In this document: piece after piece, positions 44,301-55,710 of the stretch
How the letters are laid out: every line of letters begins with the position of its first letter
How positions within the stretch are numbered: the stretch's first letter is position 1
Source: Lytechinus pictus
Taxonomy: Eukaryota
Length of the DNA stretch: 64,000 bases
Reading direction: 5' to 3'
Assembly (NCBI RefSeq): GCF_037042905.1
Contig: NC_087252.1
Span: 16,866,001 to 16,930,000, forward strand
Position numbers and translations under genes: made by a program
The notes under the pieces: model-generated
Told to the model about the DNA's origin: nothing
The model's database searches: none
Seen by the model: the letters and a program-made list of their open reading frames with translations, nothing else

Positions 44301-47300
44301 ACTACTACTACTACTATTACTACTACTACCACCACCACTACTACTACAACAACAACTACTACTAGTACTACTACTACATCTACTACTACTACTAATACTA
44401 CTATTACTATACTACCACTAATACTACTTCTACTATTTCTACTAGAACTAGTACTACTACTCTTAGATTCTTCCAGAGGGCAAATTCTACATGGGGTAAC
44501 GCCCTTGACCCCATTAAAAAAACTGCAGACTTCATTAATACAGATCTATTTGTTTTTAATTATCAGTCGCATTAGGGCATCAAATGTCAGTTTCAAAATA
44601 CTATATTTTCACGTTTTTTGATACTCCATGTAAATACTACGTTTTGAAAATGTCTGATGGTCATTTTCAGACTAAAACCCATGTATGTTATTTGATGCAA
44701 GTTCAGAATAACAAAAGATATGTTTGTATTCAATATGTTAAGCAGAATATCTACGAAGGACGTTTTATGGTACCATTCGGTTTTTACAATACAATTCTGT
44801 TTTATGTAGTCCTTTTACAGATATATTGTTACCCCGGTCAACGGATCCTATCTTTCCCGCGCACTTTATTATGCTCTTTCTCCATTCCCTGTGGAGCATT
44901 TCAACAAACATTTTAAGATAAACAGCTAGGCATACTACAGTATCTTTTGCACAATATCTGGTACACGTTTGACACTTTAGTGGAGAGTGGCAAATTGTGG
45001 AACGACGCCTTCAATCTTGCATAATTTTCTTTTGATTTGAGATTTAGTTTCGTTTTAAGTCTAAACATGTTATTTCTTTTGTATTCATGGTATGTAAGAA
45101 CCAATTTGGTATTTTGCTTGAGATCCGTGTTATAAAAATGTGAAAAAATAAAACAAATTGAAAGTGAAATGAACCATATCCACTATCATCGTGTTAACAT
45201 CATTTGCATTTTTTTTTCAATACTTGACACTGGAATGTTCACAGCTTTTATTTATAATAATGAATACTAGTACTACTACTTATACAACAACTACTACTAC
45301 TACTACTTCTACTACTTCTACCTCTACTACTACTACTACTACTACTACTATTACTATACTACCACTAATACTACTTTTACTACTACTACTACCACTACTA
45401 CTACTATTACTATTTGTACTAGTACTAGTACTTCAACTCTTAAATTCTTCCAGAGGGCAAATTCTACATGGGGTAACGCCCTTGACCCTATAAAAAAAAA
45501 CTACAGACTTCATTAATACAGTTCTATTTTATTTTATTATAAGTCGTTTTTAGCGCATCAAATGTCAGTTTCTAAATATTTTATTTTCACGTTTTTGATA
45601 CCCCATGTAAATACTGCGTTTTAAAATGTCTGATGGTCATTTTTTAAGACTACAACCCATGTATGTTATTTGTTGCAAGTTTAGAAGAAAAAATGTTTGT
45701 ATTGAATATGTTAAGCAGAATATTTACGAACGACGTTTTATGGTAACATACGGTTTTTACAATACAATTCTGTTTTATTTAGCCCTTTTACAGATATATT
45801 GTTATCCTGGTCAACGGATCCTGTCTTTCCGGCGTACTTTATTATGCATTTTCTTCATTCCCTGGGGAGCATTTCAACAATCATTTTAAGATAAATAGCT
45901 AGGCATACTACAGTATATTTTGCATCATACCTGGTACACATTTGACACTTAAGTGGAGAGTGGCAAATTCTGGAACGACGCCTTTAACCTTGAATATTTT
46001 TTTTTTGATTTGAGATTTAGTTTCGTTTTAAATCTAAACATGTTCTTTCTTTTGTATTCATGGTATGTAAGAACCAATTTGGTATTTTGCTTTAGATCCG
46101 TGTTTTAAAAAGGAGAAAAAAAATAAATTAAAAAGTATAATTAATCATATCCACTGCGTTAACATCATTTGCGTTTTTTCTTTCAATATCTGACACTAGA
46201 ATGTTCACATTTTGTTATTAATGAATACTTGTACTACTACTTCTACAACTACTACTTTTATTAAACCGCTACTACTCTGTAAAAAAATGAAGTGCTAATT
46301 CAGCACTTACAGTGCTTGTAGATTGACTGCATTACGAGTGCTTATTTTTTTGGTTTAAATTTGAATTTAAAAACAGGCACTCGTAGTGCAGTCACTATAC
46401 AAGCACTGTAAGTGCTAAATTAGCACTTCATTTTTTACAGTGTACCACTACTGCTTCTACTACTACTACTACTACTGCTACTTCTACTACTACTACTACT
46501 ATTACTACTACTACTACTACTACTACTACCACTACTACTTCTATACCATTATCACTTCTACTACTAGTACTACTACTACTACTACTACTACCTCTACTTC
46601 TTATACTAGTACTAGTACTACTACTACTACTATTTCTACTAGAACTAGTACTACTTCTCTTAGTTTCTTTCAGAGGGCAAATTCTACATGGGGTAACGCC
46701 CTTGACCCCATAAAAAAACTACAGACTTCATTAATACAGTTATATTTGTTTTTATTCATAAGTCGCTTTTAACGCATCATATGTCAGTTTCAAAATATTT
46801 TATTTTCACGTTTTTGATACCCCATATAAATACTGCGTTTTGAAAATGTCTGATGGTCATTTTAAGACTACAACCCATGTATGTTATTTGTTGCAAGTTT
46901 AGAAAAAAAAAGTTTGTATTGAATATGTTAAGCAGAATATTTACGAACGACGTTTTATGGTAACATTCGGTTTTTACAATACAATTTAGTTTTATGTAGC
47001 CCTTTTACAGATATATTGTTACCCTGGTCAACGGATCCTGTTGTCTTTCCCGCACACTTTATTATGCACTTTCTCCATTCCCTGTGGAGCATTTCAACAA
47101 ACATTTTAAGATAAACAGCTAGGCATACTACAGTATCTTTTGCATCATACCTGGTACACATTTAACACTTTAGTGGAGAGTGGCAAATTGTGGAACGACG
47201 CCTTCAACCTTGAATAATTTTCTTTTGATTTGAGATTTAGTTTCGTTTTAAGTCTAAACATGTTCTTTCTTTTGTATTCATGGTATGTAAGAACCAATTT

Positions 47301-47694
47301 GGTATTTTGCTTGAGATCCGTGTTATAAAAAGGACAAAAAATAAACTAAATTGAAAGTGAAATGAACCCTATCCATTGTCTTTGTGTTAACATCAATTGC
47401 ATTTTTTTCAATACTTGACACTGAAATGTTCACAGCTTTTTATTTATAATAATGAATACTAGTACTACTACTTCTACAACAACTACTACTACTACTACTA
47501 CTACTACTATTACTACTATTACCACCATTACTACTACAACTACTACTACTACTAATACTAATACTACTACTACTACTACTACATCTACTACTACTACTAA
47601 TATTACTATAATACCACTAATACTACTTCTACTACTACTACTACTACTACTACTACATCTACATCTACTACTACTACTACTACTACTACTACTG

Positions 47695-47725
<31 letters not shown>

Positions 47726-48814
47726 ATCTACTACTACTACTCCTCCTACTACTATTACTATACTACCACTAATACTATTACTATACTACTTCTACTACTA
47801 CTTTTACTAGTACTAGTACTACTACTCTTAGATTCTTCCAGAGGGCAAATTCTACATGGGGTAACGCCCTTGACCCCATTAAAAAAACTGCAGACTTCAT
47901 TAATACAGATCTATTTGTTTTTAATTATAAGTCGCATTAGGGCATCAAATGTCAGTTTCAAAATACTATATTTTCACGTTTTTTTTGATACTCCAAGTAA
48001 ATACTGCATTTTGAAAATGGCTGATGGTCATTTTTAGACTACAACCCATGTATGTTAATTGTTGCAATTTTATAAAAACAAAAGGTATGTATGTATTGAA
48101 TATATTAGGCAGAATATTAACGAACGACGTTTTATGGTAACATTCGTTTTCTTTCCAATACAACTCTATTTTTGTAGCCCTTATACAGGTATATTGTTAT
48201 CCTGGTCAACGGATCCTGTCTTTCCGGCGCACTTTTTCCATTCCCTGGGGAACATTTCAACAAACATTTTATAACAAATAGCTAGGAATACTAGAACATC
48301 TTTTGCACCATACCTGGTACACATTTAACACTTACGTGGAGAGTGGAAAATTGTGGAACGACGCCTTCAACCTTGAATAATTTAATTTCGCATATGGAAA
48401 AGTAGTCGCATTTGCTCCCGAGCAGCGACCGAACGCGCGTACGTGTACAGAAGCTATGGCACTCTAGATACGAAATTATGTTGTAATGGGGCCGAAATGT
48501 GAATTGACTCAAAAGTAAAATTCCTACGAAGCTCGGTTGAGTGGAAATCTATTTTCTACATCTTTTTTTATGATAATACCAAATTTTAAAGAAATTAGAA
48601 ATTCAGGCTCCACGGAATTGCTGTTCATAAAACACATGTTTGAGCTTCTCCCACACCAGATTTGCGTATTACTACACGTAAATTTCCCTGTTTGCACACG
48701 CTGTGTCGAGGTGGGACGGTCTGTCAAAGACTGTATCTCATGAACCAAACATCGTACGAAAGCCGGTTTCCCGCCAATCTGTGCAGAATATATTTCTCTA
48801 CAATACATGTAAGA

Positions 48815-48945
48815 ATGATGCTGATTGGTTAAAAATTGTCTACGGAAATAAAGAAAAACTAAGACCCCTTCATTTGTTCACCCAATCAGCCGTCAGTGCG
48901 ATCTCTGCCCTCATTAGCATACCGGGTCATGACGTATCAAGACGT
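48815..48945 (+). promoter_or_regulatory. Candidate Pol II promoter of the transposon genes
   Basis: Two opposed CCAAT boxes (gctgattggtt ~48821, cccaatcagc ~48881), an octamer-like attagcat (~48913) and a CRE-like tgacgt (~48930) lie in a CpG-richer patch upstream of the ORFs. Confidence 0.4.
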
Positions 48946-49274
48946 CTGAGTTTCATCATGGTGGATTTTACATGTAGCGCGGCCTGACATTCTCGGAAAA
49001 TCAGACAACATTTGAGGTTTACTTCGGGTATTTAGCTAAATTGGATTTTGATCTAGTGACATAAGACTGCAAAGAGTCTGAAACTTTCATTTATATGTAT
49101 TGTTAAGAACAGAACGAGGAGAATTGTGCTTTTTTCTACAATGTCGGCTCAGGATCACCCATTCTCATAACTGTACAAAGAGAGGTTGGATAGCACCATT
49201 TGTGTCTACGGGGGGATTCCAGCTTGACAGGACGTTCATTGCCGACACCGCAACACTCTGTATTCAAAATACAT

Positions 49275-49680
49275 GTAAGTTGTAACTCAGTGTCAGTCAT
49301 CGATCAAGTCTGTTGCCTTTTTTGGAAAGACTTTGACCTTTGTGACTTTAAATTAAAGTTAAAGTAACTTAATTTAAAAAAATTAAACACGTTAAATTAA
49401 TGCATGACAATTTTAAGTTTAAATCAACATGGTCAAGTGCACATACATTACAAATCAGTGCCCAGTGGCAGTGCAGTGGATGGTTATCTAGTAGAATTCA
49501 AAAACTAAGGCACTATACTCTATTTTTATCATGCATGTTCAGAGAGTCTAGATTCTAGTGTTCACTACAAAGCGAGAGCAAGAGCGTTATTTGACAAGAA
49601 GTCAAAATAAAAAAATAAGTAGATCTAACATGTTTTTTAACATATTTATCACATTTTTACATGTTGTTTCACAACCACAG
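49275..49680 (+). other. Candidate 5'-UTR intron preceding the chromo-barrel ORF
   Basis: Donor GTAAGT at 49275. A T-rich tract and CAG end at 49680, two bases before the ATG at 49683. Confidence 0.4.
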
Positions 49681-49682
49681 GT

Positions 49683-50343
49683 ATGGCAAATTTGAGACGT
49701 AAGCCACGCATAAATTACCTGGAACTTTCACGCGGGCCATCATTACCAAGCAGTCGTACAAAGTCTGAACGTTGGTCATCTAAGAAGCTCTACCCTCTGA
49801 CAGTAATCGACACCAAAGTGGAAAATGGCAGCTTGAAAGTATTAGTGCATTATGTCGGATGGGGAAACAAGTACAATGAATGGCGTGATGCTGCTGAAAT
49901 TGTAGACATACCCTTGGAATATCTGCAATCAGATGATTCGTCAAAGAAATTGTTTTATATGAATTTGGCTACTGCCATCAAAGAGGCACTGCACGGGCAA
50001 CGTAAAGTCAACAGTGTAGTTGAACTTCGGATCCCCATCGTAAAAAATATTTTTGTATTACCATTCATCTGCACCAGCAGCGCTTATTTTGAGAAATTTG
50101 AAAGCTCTAAATGAATGTGTGGGGGACAGATGGTACTACAGAGTATTCAACAAGGCAGGGGACTTTGCATACATCAGAGATGGGACATTCTCGTGTCGAC
50201 TAGTAGAACGCGTACCCCTGGTGAAATTTTCTGGTGAAGGAATGCCCGAATTCACCCACCGTGGATTTGTTATTGTTGTCAAATTTCAACGCATGCTTGG
50301 CAACAAGATGGATTTTGCTTTGTATGAAGCTGCAAACAATTGA
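49683..50343 (+). pseudogene. Chromo-barrel/Tudor-knot-like domain protein with an uncharacterised C-terminal domain (~220 aa, one frameshift near 50045-50100)
   Basis: KKLYPLTVI...VLVHYVGWGNKYNEWRDAAEIV matches the HYxGWxxxxDEW signature of MRG15/Tip60-type chromo barrels. The N-terminus is basic and NLS-like (RRKPR). Overlapping ORFs 49683-50114 and 50053-50343 join into one globular-looking protein. Confidence 0.8.
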
Positions 50344-50705
50344 ATAATACATTGTGTACTTCTGTGCAGATGTTTGTATTATTGGGAGTTTATATTACTA
50401 TCTTAAACATGTTTACATTAACATGTAATTTGACCTTACATACATTGCAGTAGAATGTTCAACAGTGCAAAATATTCATGACATGTTTTTAAACAGCTAG
50501 AAGTGGCTTTATTGATTCACCACCCTGGGTATTCGAAACAACATAATACTTAAAAAAAAAATCCAAAGAATAGTATTCATGTATGTTTTATTTTAAATCA
50601 AATGTATGTATATGTTTAGCAATTTGTATTAGGTATATTGTACTTGTATTCAGGATTCATTTGATGCCTTGAACCAATGTACTTTGTATACATGTAGTTA
50701 TAGCC

Positions 50706-52982
50706 ATGGCTAATGTAAGTAGCATGTGTGTTCTGATATCTTTTGCACTATCTTGTGCTGTGTTGTTGGCAAATGGTATGCCACAGCCCACCGAAGAGTA
50801 TCCATATATTGTTGAGCTTGATGTGAGTAACTTGCTCTTGTACAATATTGCCTCTAAAATTAGCAGTGGCCCAGAATTGAGTGATGATGAGGTTCGTTCA
50901 GTTTTGACCAAGGTACTAAACACCCATCACATCACCCTTGAAGGAATAGATCTGTCTTCTGTTTTCAAAACCCTTAAACAGAAAGTAAAGAGTTTGTTTC
51001 AAAATCAAAAAAATGTGTCAAGGCTGGAGGCGAATCAGTGGAGATGCAATTAAGGAAATGGAAAGAAACGGAGTATTCATTAAAACTACCTCATAAATCA
51101 GGCAGCCCCACGAAGCGTAAACTACAGGAAGATGTTCAGGAAGAAAAAAGTAAACGGATTAAGTTAGAAAGTGAATTAACTGTGTTAACAAATAAACTGG
51201 AACAAACAGAAGGCAAAAACCTAGAACTAGAACGTAGAGTTCAACGCCTGAAAAATCCAATGAAAAAACAAAAAGGTGGGCGAGGAAAAAACAAAAATAA
51301 ACTCAAATATACGCCATCCCAAAAATACAGACACCAAGCTAATGCACTGAAAGAATTTAAAAGTACAGTACAAGAAGGGGCAAAAAATGCTGGTTTTACC
51401 CCCATTAAAATTGAAATTCAAAATGACAAGGCCAAGACAATCAATCTCATCTTTGAGGAGAAGAAGGACCTATTACTGAAACTGACATTGATGAGATGCT
51501 GTTTATTTTGGACTCCTTTAATATCCCACAAAAGGGATATCATGAATTAGCACAACGCTTTGCAGCTCTGCCACGATTGTTTTCAATCAATGAAAGAAAA
51601 CAATCTATAAACTCTGAATGCCGGGTCAAAGAAATTGATGTAGTACATGGAAAAATAAGAATCACTGGAGTTTACCGTTCCTTAGAAGACTGTCTAACAT
51701 CAGTACTCTCTGATCAATAAAGGTCTCACTTAATTGTAAATAATAAAGTGAAAATAAAAATCAGTGGTGATGGTACAAGAGCCGGTAAAAAAACACATCT
51801 AGTCAATGTCACAATTACAATTATAGGAGAAGAAAGCTGTAAATCTGAACAAGGTAATTACCTACTTGCGATTTTAAAATGCCCTGAAACTCATTCTTGT
51901 CTGAAAGTAGCTTTGTCAGATCTGATAGAGGAGTTTGATGGGTTGAGTGAAATAACTATTGATGGTAAAATTGTGAGTGTGGAAAAATACCTGGGTGGCG
52001 ATTTAAATTTTTTAAATCAAGTTACAGGAATTGCTAGCTTCGCAAGCAAGTACTCTTGTTTGTGGTGCAAGTGCCCAAAGGAATCTCGATATGACATGAC
52101 AAAAACATGGTCCATGACAGATGAAATGAAAGGTGCTCGTTCTGTGAAGGAAATTTTAAACTGTGCCTCGAAGAAGATGTTTGGGTGCATTGCAGAGCCA
52201 CTTTTTAGATCTATTCCTGTCATTAATATTGTTCCAGATACATTACATTTGTTTCTGAGAATTTCTGACCAGATGATTTATCAGATCATAAAATACTTAC
52301 AAGATGAAGACAACTTTGTTCGGATATCTGAAGAACGGCTTAGCAAGTGTCAACATTTACAGCGTTTTAAACAGTTTATTGAAAATGTTGGTATCCCAGA
52401 TTGGAAATTCTTTATCAGTGATGGTAAACTGAATTACGACTCATTTACTGGCCCTGAACATCGCAGAATTATGGAAAATATAAACTTTGACACCCTTATC
52501 CCAGACCATCCAAAACTGTCTGGTATTAAGTCTTTGTGGACCGATTTCAAAGTGTTGATGGATAGCCTAAATCAGAACATGTCTGATGATCAGATTTTAG
52601 ATTTTGAAAAGGCCGCACGAAAATGGGGGGATTTGTATGGCAGTAATTTGTTTATTTCTAAAGATGTCACTCCATACATGCATATTTTCTCCAACCATTT
52701 GCCTGAAGCTATGCGGTTACACGGAAACGTTGTAGATTTTTGTCAACAAGGACTTGAGAAACTAATCACCTGGTCACAAAATGGTATTTTCGCTCTACGA
52801 ATTTCAGTAAGGCCGCTCTTAAACAGATTATACACAAACAATTCAGGATCAATAAACTAGAGGGAAAGTGTAGGCGTGCCCCAAAATTTCAAATGACTTG
52901 TACTGCTTGTAACAAAAGTGGTCATAATAAGAGAACTTGTAAAGGGCCAGAAAATACAATTGAATTTAATGTGGAGCCTTGA
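50706..52982 (+). pseudogene. RAG1/Transib/Chapaev-type DDE transposase (~755 aa reconstructed; 3 frameshifts and 1 nonsense codon)
   Basis: Motifs occur in RAG1-core order: KISGDG (D at 51769), LGGDLNFL (D at 52000), CLWC, PDTLHLFLRI, VTPYMHIFSNHLPE and FCQQGLEK (E at 52756). Lesions are at ~51010 (A-run), ~51460, TAA 51718-51720 (in-frame) and ~52762. The shifted tail reads NHLVTKWYFRSTNF...CTACNKSGHNKRTCKGPENTIEFNVEP* with TGA at 52980-52982. Confidence 0.85.
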
Positions 52983-54204
52983 AACATTTGTTTCAAAGAA
53001 GCATTTTGAAGTTGGCTTCAATTGATTCGGCTAGCCAACTAGAATGAAACATTTTTTGTGTATAAACATGGCTATACATTAGCTTATGTGTGTTTGGATT
53101 TAAGCTTTTACGCTTTACATTTGGGTAGATGTAAGCTGGTATTCTCTATTTTATCATTACTTGAGTCCTTGTCTGTTATAAATTGAGATGCCTACAATAA
53201 CTTATTTCTTATCCATAATATATATGTATGGGTGGTGCATATATACTGGCAGGAAAACTTAATGTATTGATTTAGGCAGTGATTGTTTCATGTTCGCAGT
53301 GAGCGAAGTTTTGCAAGATTACCCGATAGTTGTCGCTTTTGTCACCATGATAATTTCACACCTCGATGTACGCAGTTAATTGCAGTATGCATTGCATTCT
53401 GTATCATGTCAACATTCACGTTTGTAACAACTAAAAAGCTGTAATAAAAAAAATAATTATATGAAAGTGAAACGTGCTAATAATTGACCATTGGTCTGCA
53501 TCATACACCTCATTTATATTTTTATGCTGTTATACAAATTGCAATATGTGTGCTATTGTTTACCTATTTTGTGTCATTTTAGATACAGTTTTAACTTAAA
53601 AATTATTGTACATTACAACATCAATCTCATGTCTGTATTTTTTTTTTGTAATGTGTGCTATTGACAACTCATCGTGCAACTCAAAAGAGGTTTTGATATA
53701 ACGTTAATATTTTTTTGCCAAACTGGTCAAAGCTTGCCAAAGAAAAGTTACAATTGTTTATCTGTCAAGTTGTTTTTCAAATGTATTTTATTATACTTCG
53801 GTTTGGAAGTGAATGGATTGTACAGGGTATTACTATTAGCAGTACAAGGTATGCTCAGGAATCACGAGGCTTAAATATGCAATTCCATTTTTCATCAAAT
53901 TGATCCAAGCTTGCCAAAGTTATTTGTGTATCTTTATATCCATATTTATAAATATAAATGCAATACAAAGAACATAAGCATAATGTAAACCAATTTACTA
54001 GTGTTTGAACTGCCGAAACTGTGCTTATATGCAATCAAATCTTTAAAAAGAATTTGTGGTTACATAACATTAAAAAAAAATGAAAACAAAAAAATAAACA
54101 CTGACATCATACATGTGCCAAGTTCACACACACAAAAAATAAAATGCAACAGTGTAAGACCTAGAGCCAAGCATGATGATGTACGTACTATGTTTGTTAC
54201 ATTT

Positions 54205-54945
54205 TACATACTGCTGTGCATAGATTTGTGCATGTATTGAAATGATGTGTTTGATATATTGTGTTATAATTTTTACAAGAGCTGTCATACATTAACACTG
54301 AGCTCTTTGGGGAGTGCAAGAAATACTCCACACAAAGAAATTACAGAGGCATAAATGTTACCAAAGATTTTCATGAACTCTACTACTTTTGTGAATTGTG
54401 TTTTCCAAACTTGTTCTAATTTTTCTGAGCCTGATGATTTATGCTGGTTGAATGTATACATGTACTTATTGCTGTACATAGACTTGTGCATGTATTGATA
54501 TAATGTGTTTGATAATTGATATACTGTACTTTGTTTGATATACTGTACTATGACAAGTGTTGCCATACGGTACACAGCTCTTTGGGAATACTCCACACAA
54601 GGAAACTATAGAGGAATAAATGTTACCAAAGATTGAATGTACTCCACTACTTTTGTGAATTGTGTTTTCCAAACTTGATCTAATGTTTCTGAGCCTGATA
54701 ATTTATGTTAGTTAAATGTTGTATACATGTACTTATCGTTGTACATAGACTTATGCATGTATTGAAATAATGTGTTTGATATATTGTGTTTTATATTTGA
54801 CCAGAACTGTCATACAGTATACACTGAGCTCTTTGGGGAGTGCAAGAAATGCTCCACACAAAGAAACTACAGAGGAATAAATGTTACCAAAGATTTCATG
54901 AACTAATTTTGTGAATTATGTTTTCCATACTTGTTCTAATGTTTG
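54205..54945. repeat. ~260 bp tandem repeat, ~2.8 diverged copies
   Basis: A tgtacatagacttgtgcatgtattga-like motif occurs at ~54215, 54473 and 54740. ctccacacaa and taaatgttaccaaagatt each occur three times. Confidence 0.85.
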
Positions 54946-55267
54946 TGTGTGTGTGTGTGTGTCAATTTGTGTATGCACGTTTGGTGTGTTTAGGTGTATA
55001 TGTATGTGATGTTTTTACCAAGATGCAAAATGACACCAAGGAGCTATTTATAGCTCCTTGATGATACACTGTAATGTGTGTTGTGTGTATGTGTGTGTTT
55101 CAATGTATGTTTGTTTTTGCATATGTGTGCGTGCATGTTTATGTGTTTATATGTACATGTGCTATAGCGAATGATTGTGTATGTGTGTATACTTTGCGTG
55201 TATGTGTGGCCACACAGGGTTTGTAAACTTTGTATGTATGTATGTGTCTGTGTGTGTGTTATATAAA

Positions 55268-55299
<32 letters not shown>

Positions 55300-55306
55300 T
55301 GTGTGT
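54945..55306. repeat. Imperfect (TG)n microsatellite region
   Basis: TG runs at 54945-54962 and ~55270-55306, with degenerate TG/TA-rich sequence between them. Confidence 0.85.
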
Positions 55307-55710
55307 CATGATTCTCTTTTGACCAACAAGCAAAAATACAATAACTAAACTAAGAAAATACATGTATGATGTAGTATTAGTCACCAATGAAGATGCTTGT
55401 AATCATTCCAAATCTTAAGAAATATAAAATTTGTCATAATACCAAAATAATCACATAACAATATGCAGAAACAACATAAACAACTTTTGTATTTACATGT
55501 AGATCTGCCGACTATAAAAAAAAACGAAAGAAAATGCCATAAACATCAAGCCTACAGTGTTCTGTATGCATGTAGATTTTACGATAATTTACCCATTTTC
55601 CATAATGGACGCGTCCGTATCGTAGTTTCGTAAGCTGGCGTGCGCATTGGACCGGAGAGCTCATGAATAATTCATGAAGCGGGCGGCGTACGTCGGTGAC
55701 CCGCGGAACC

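Larger units (their letters stand above)
5116..48390. repeat. ~43 kb tandem macrosatellite, ~38 full monomers of ~960-1250 bp
   Basis: The marker ggtcaacggat occurs 39 times from 5123 to ~48204 (mean spacing ~1.13 kb). All units are head-to-tail, and the same short ORFs recur in the ORF track. Confidence 0.97.

Noticed and set aside
5491..47772. Mucin-like poly-Thr plus hydrophobic poly-Leu ORFs, and poly-Tyr/Val/Ser ORFs, in most monomers
   Set aside because: They are translations of the (CTA)n tract. The reading frame shifts freely between copies, and upstream T-runs and stops vary, so there is no sign of coding constraint.
49683..52982. Bona fide RAG1/RAG2 (ProtoRAG) locus
   Set aside because: There is no RING or RAG1 N-terminal region, no kelch/PHD RAG2-like ORF, the orientation is tandem rather than convergent, and no RSS-like CAC heptamer-nonamer termini are visible.
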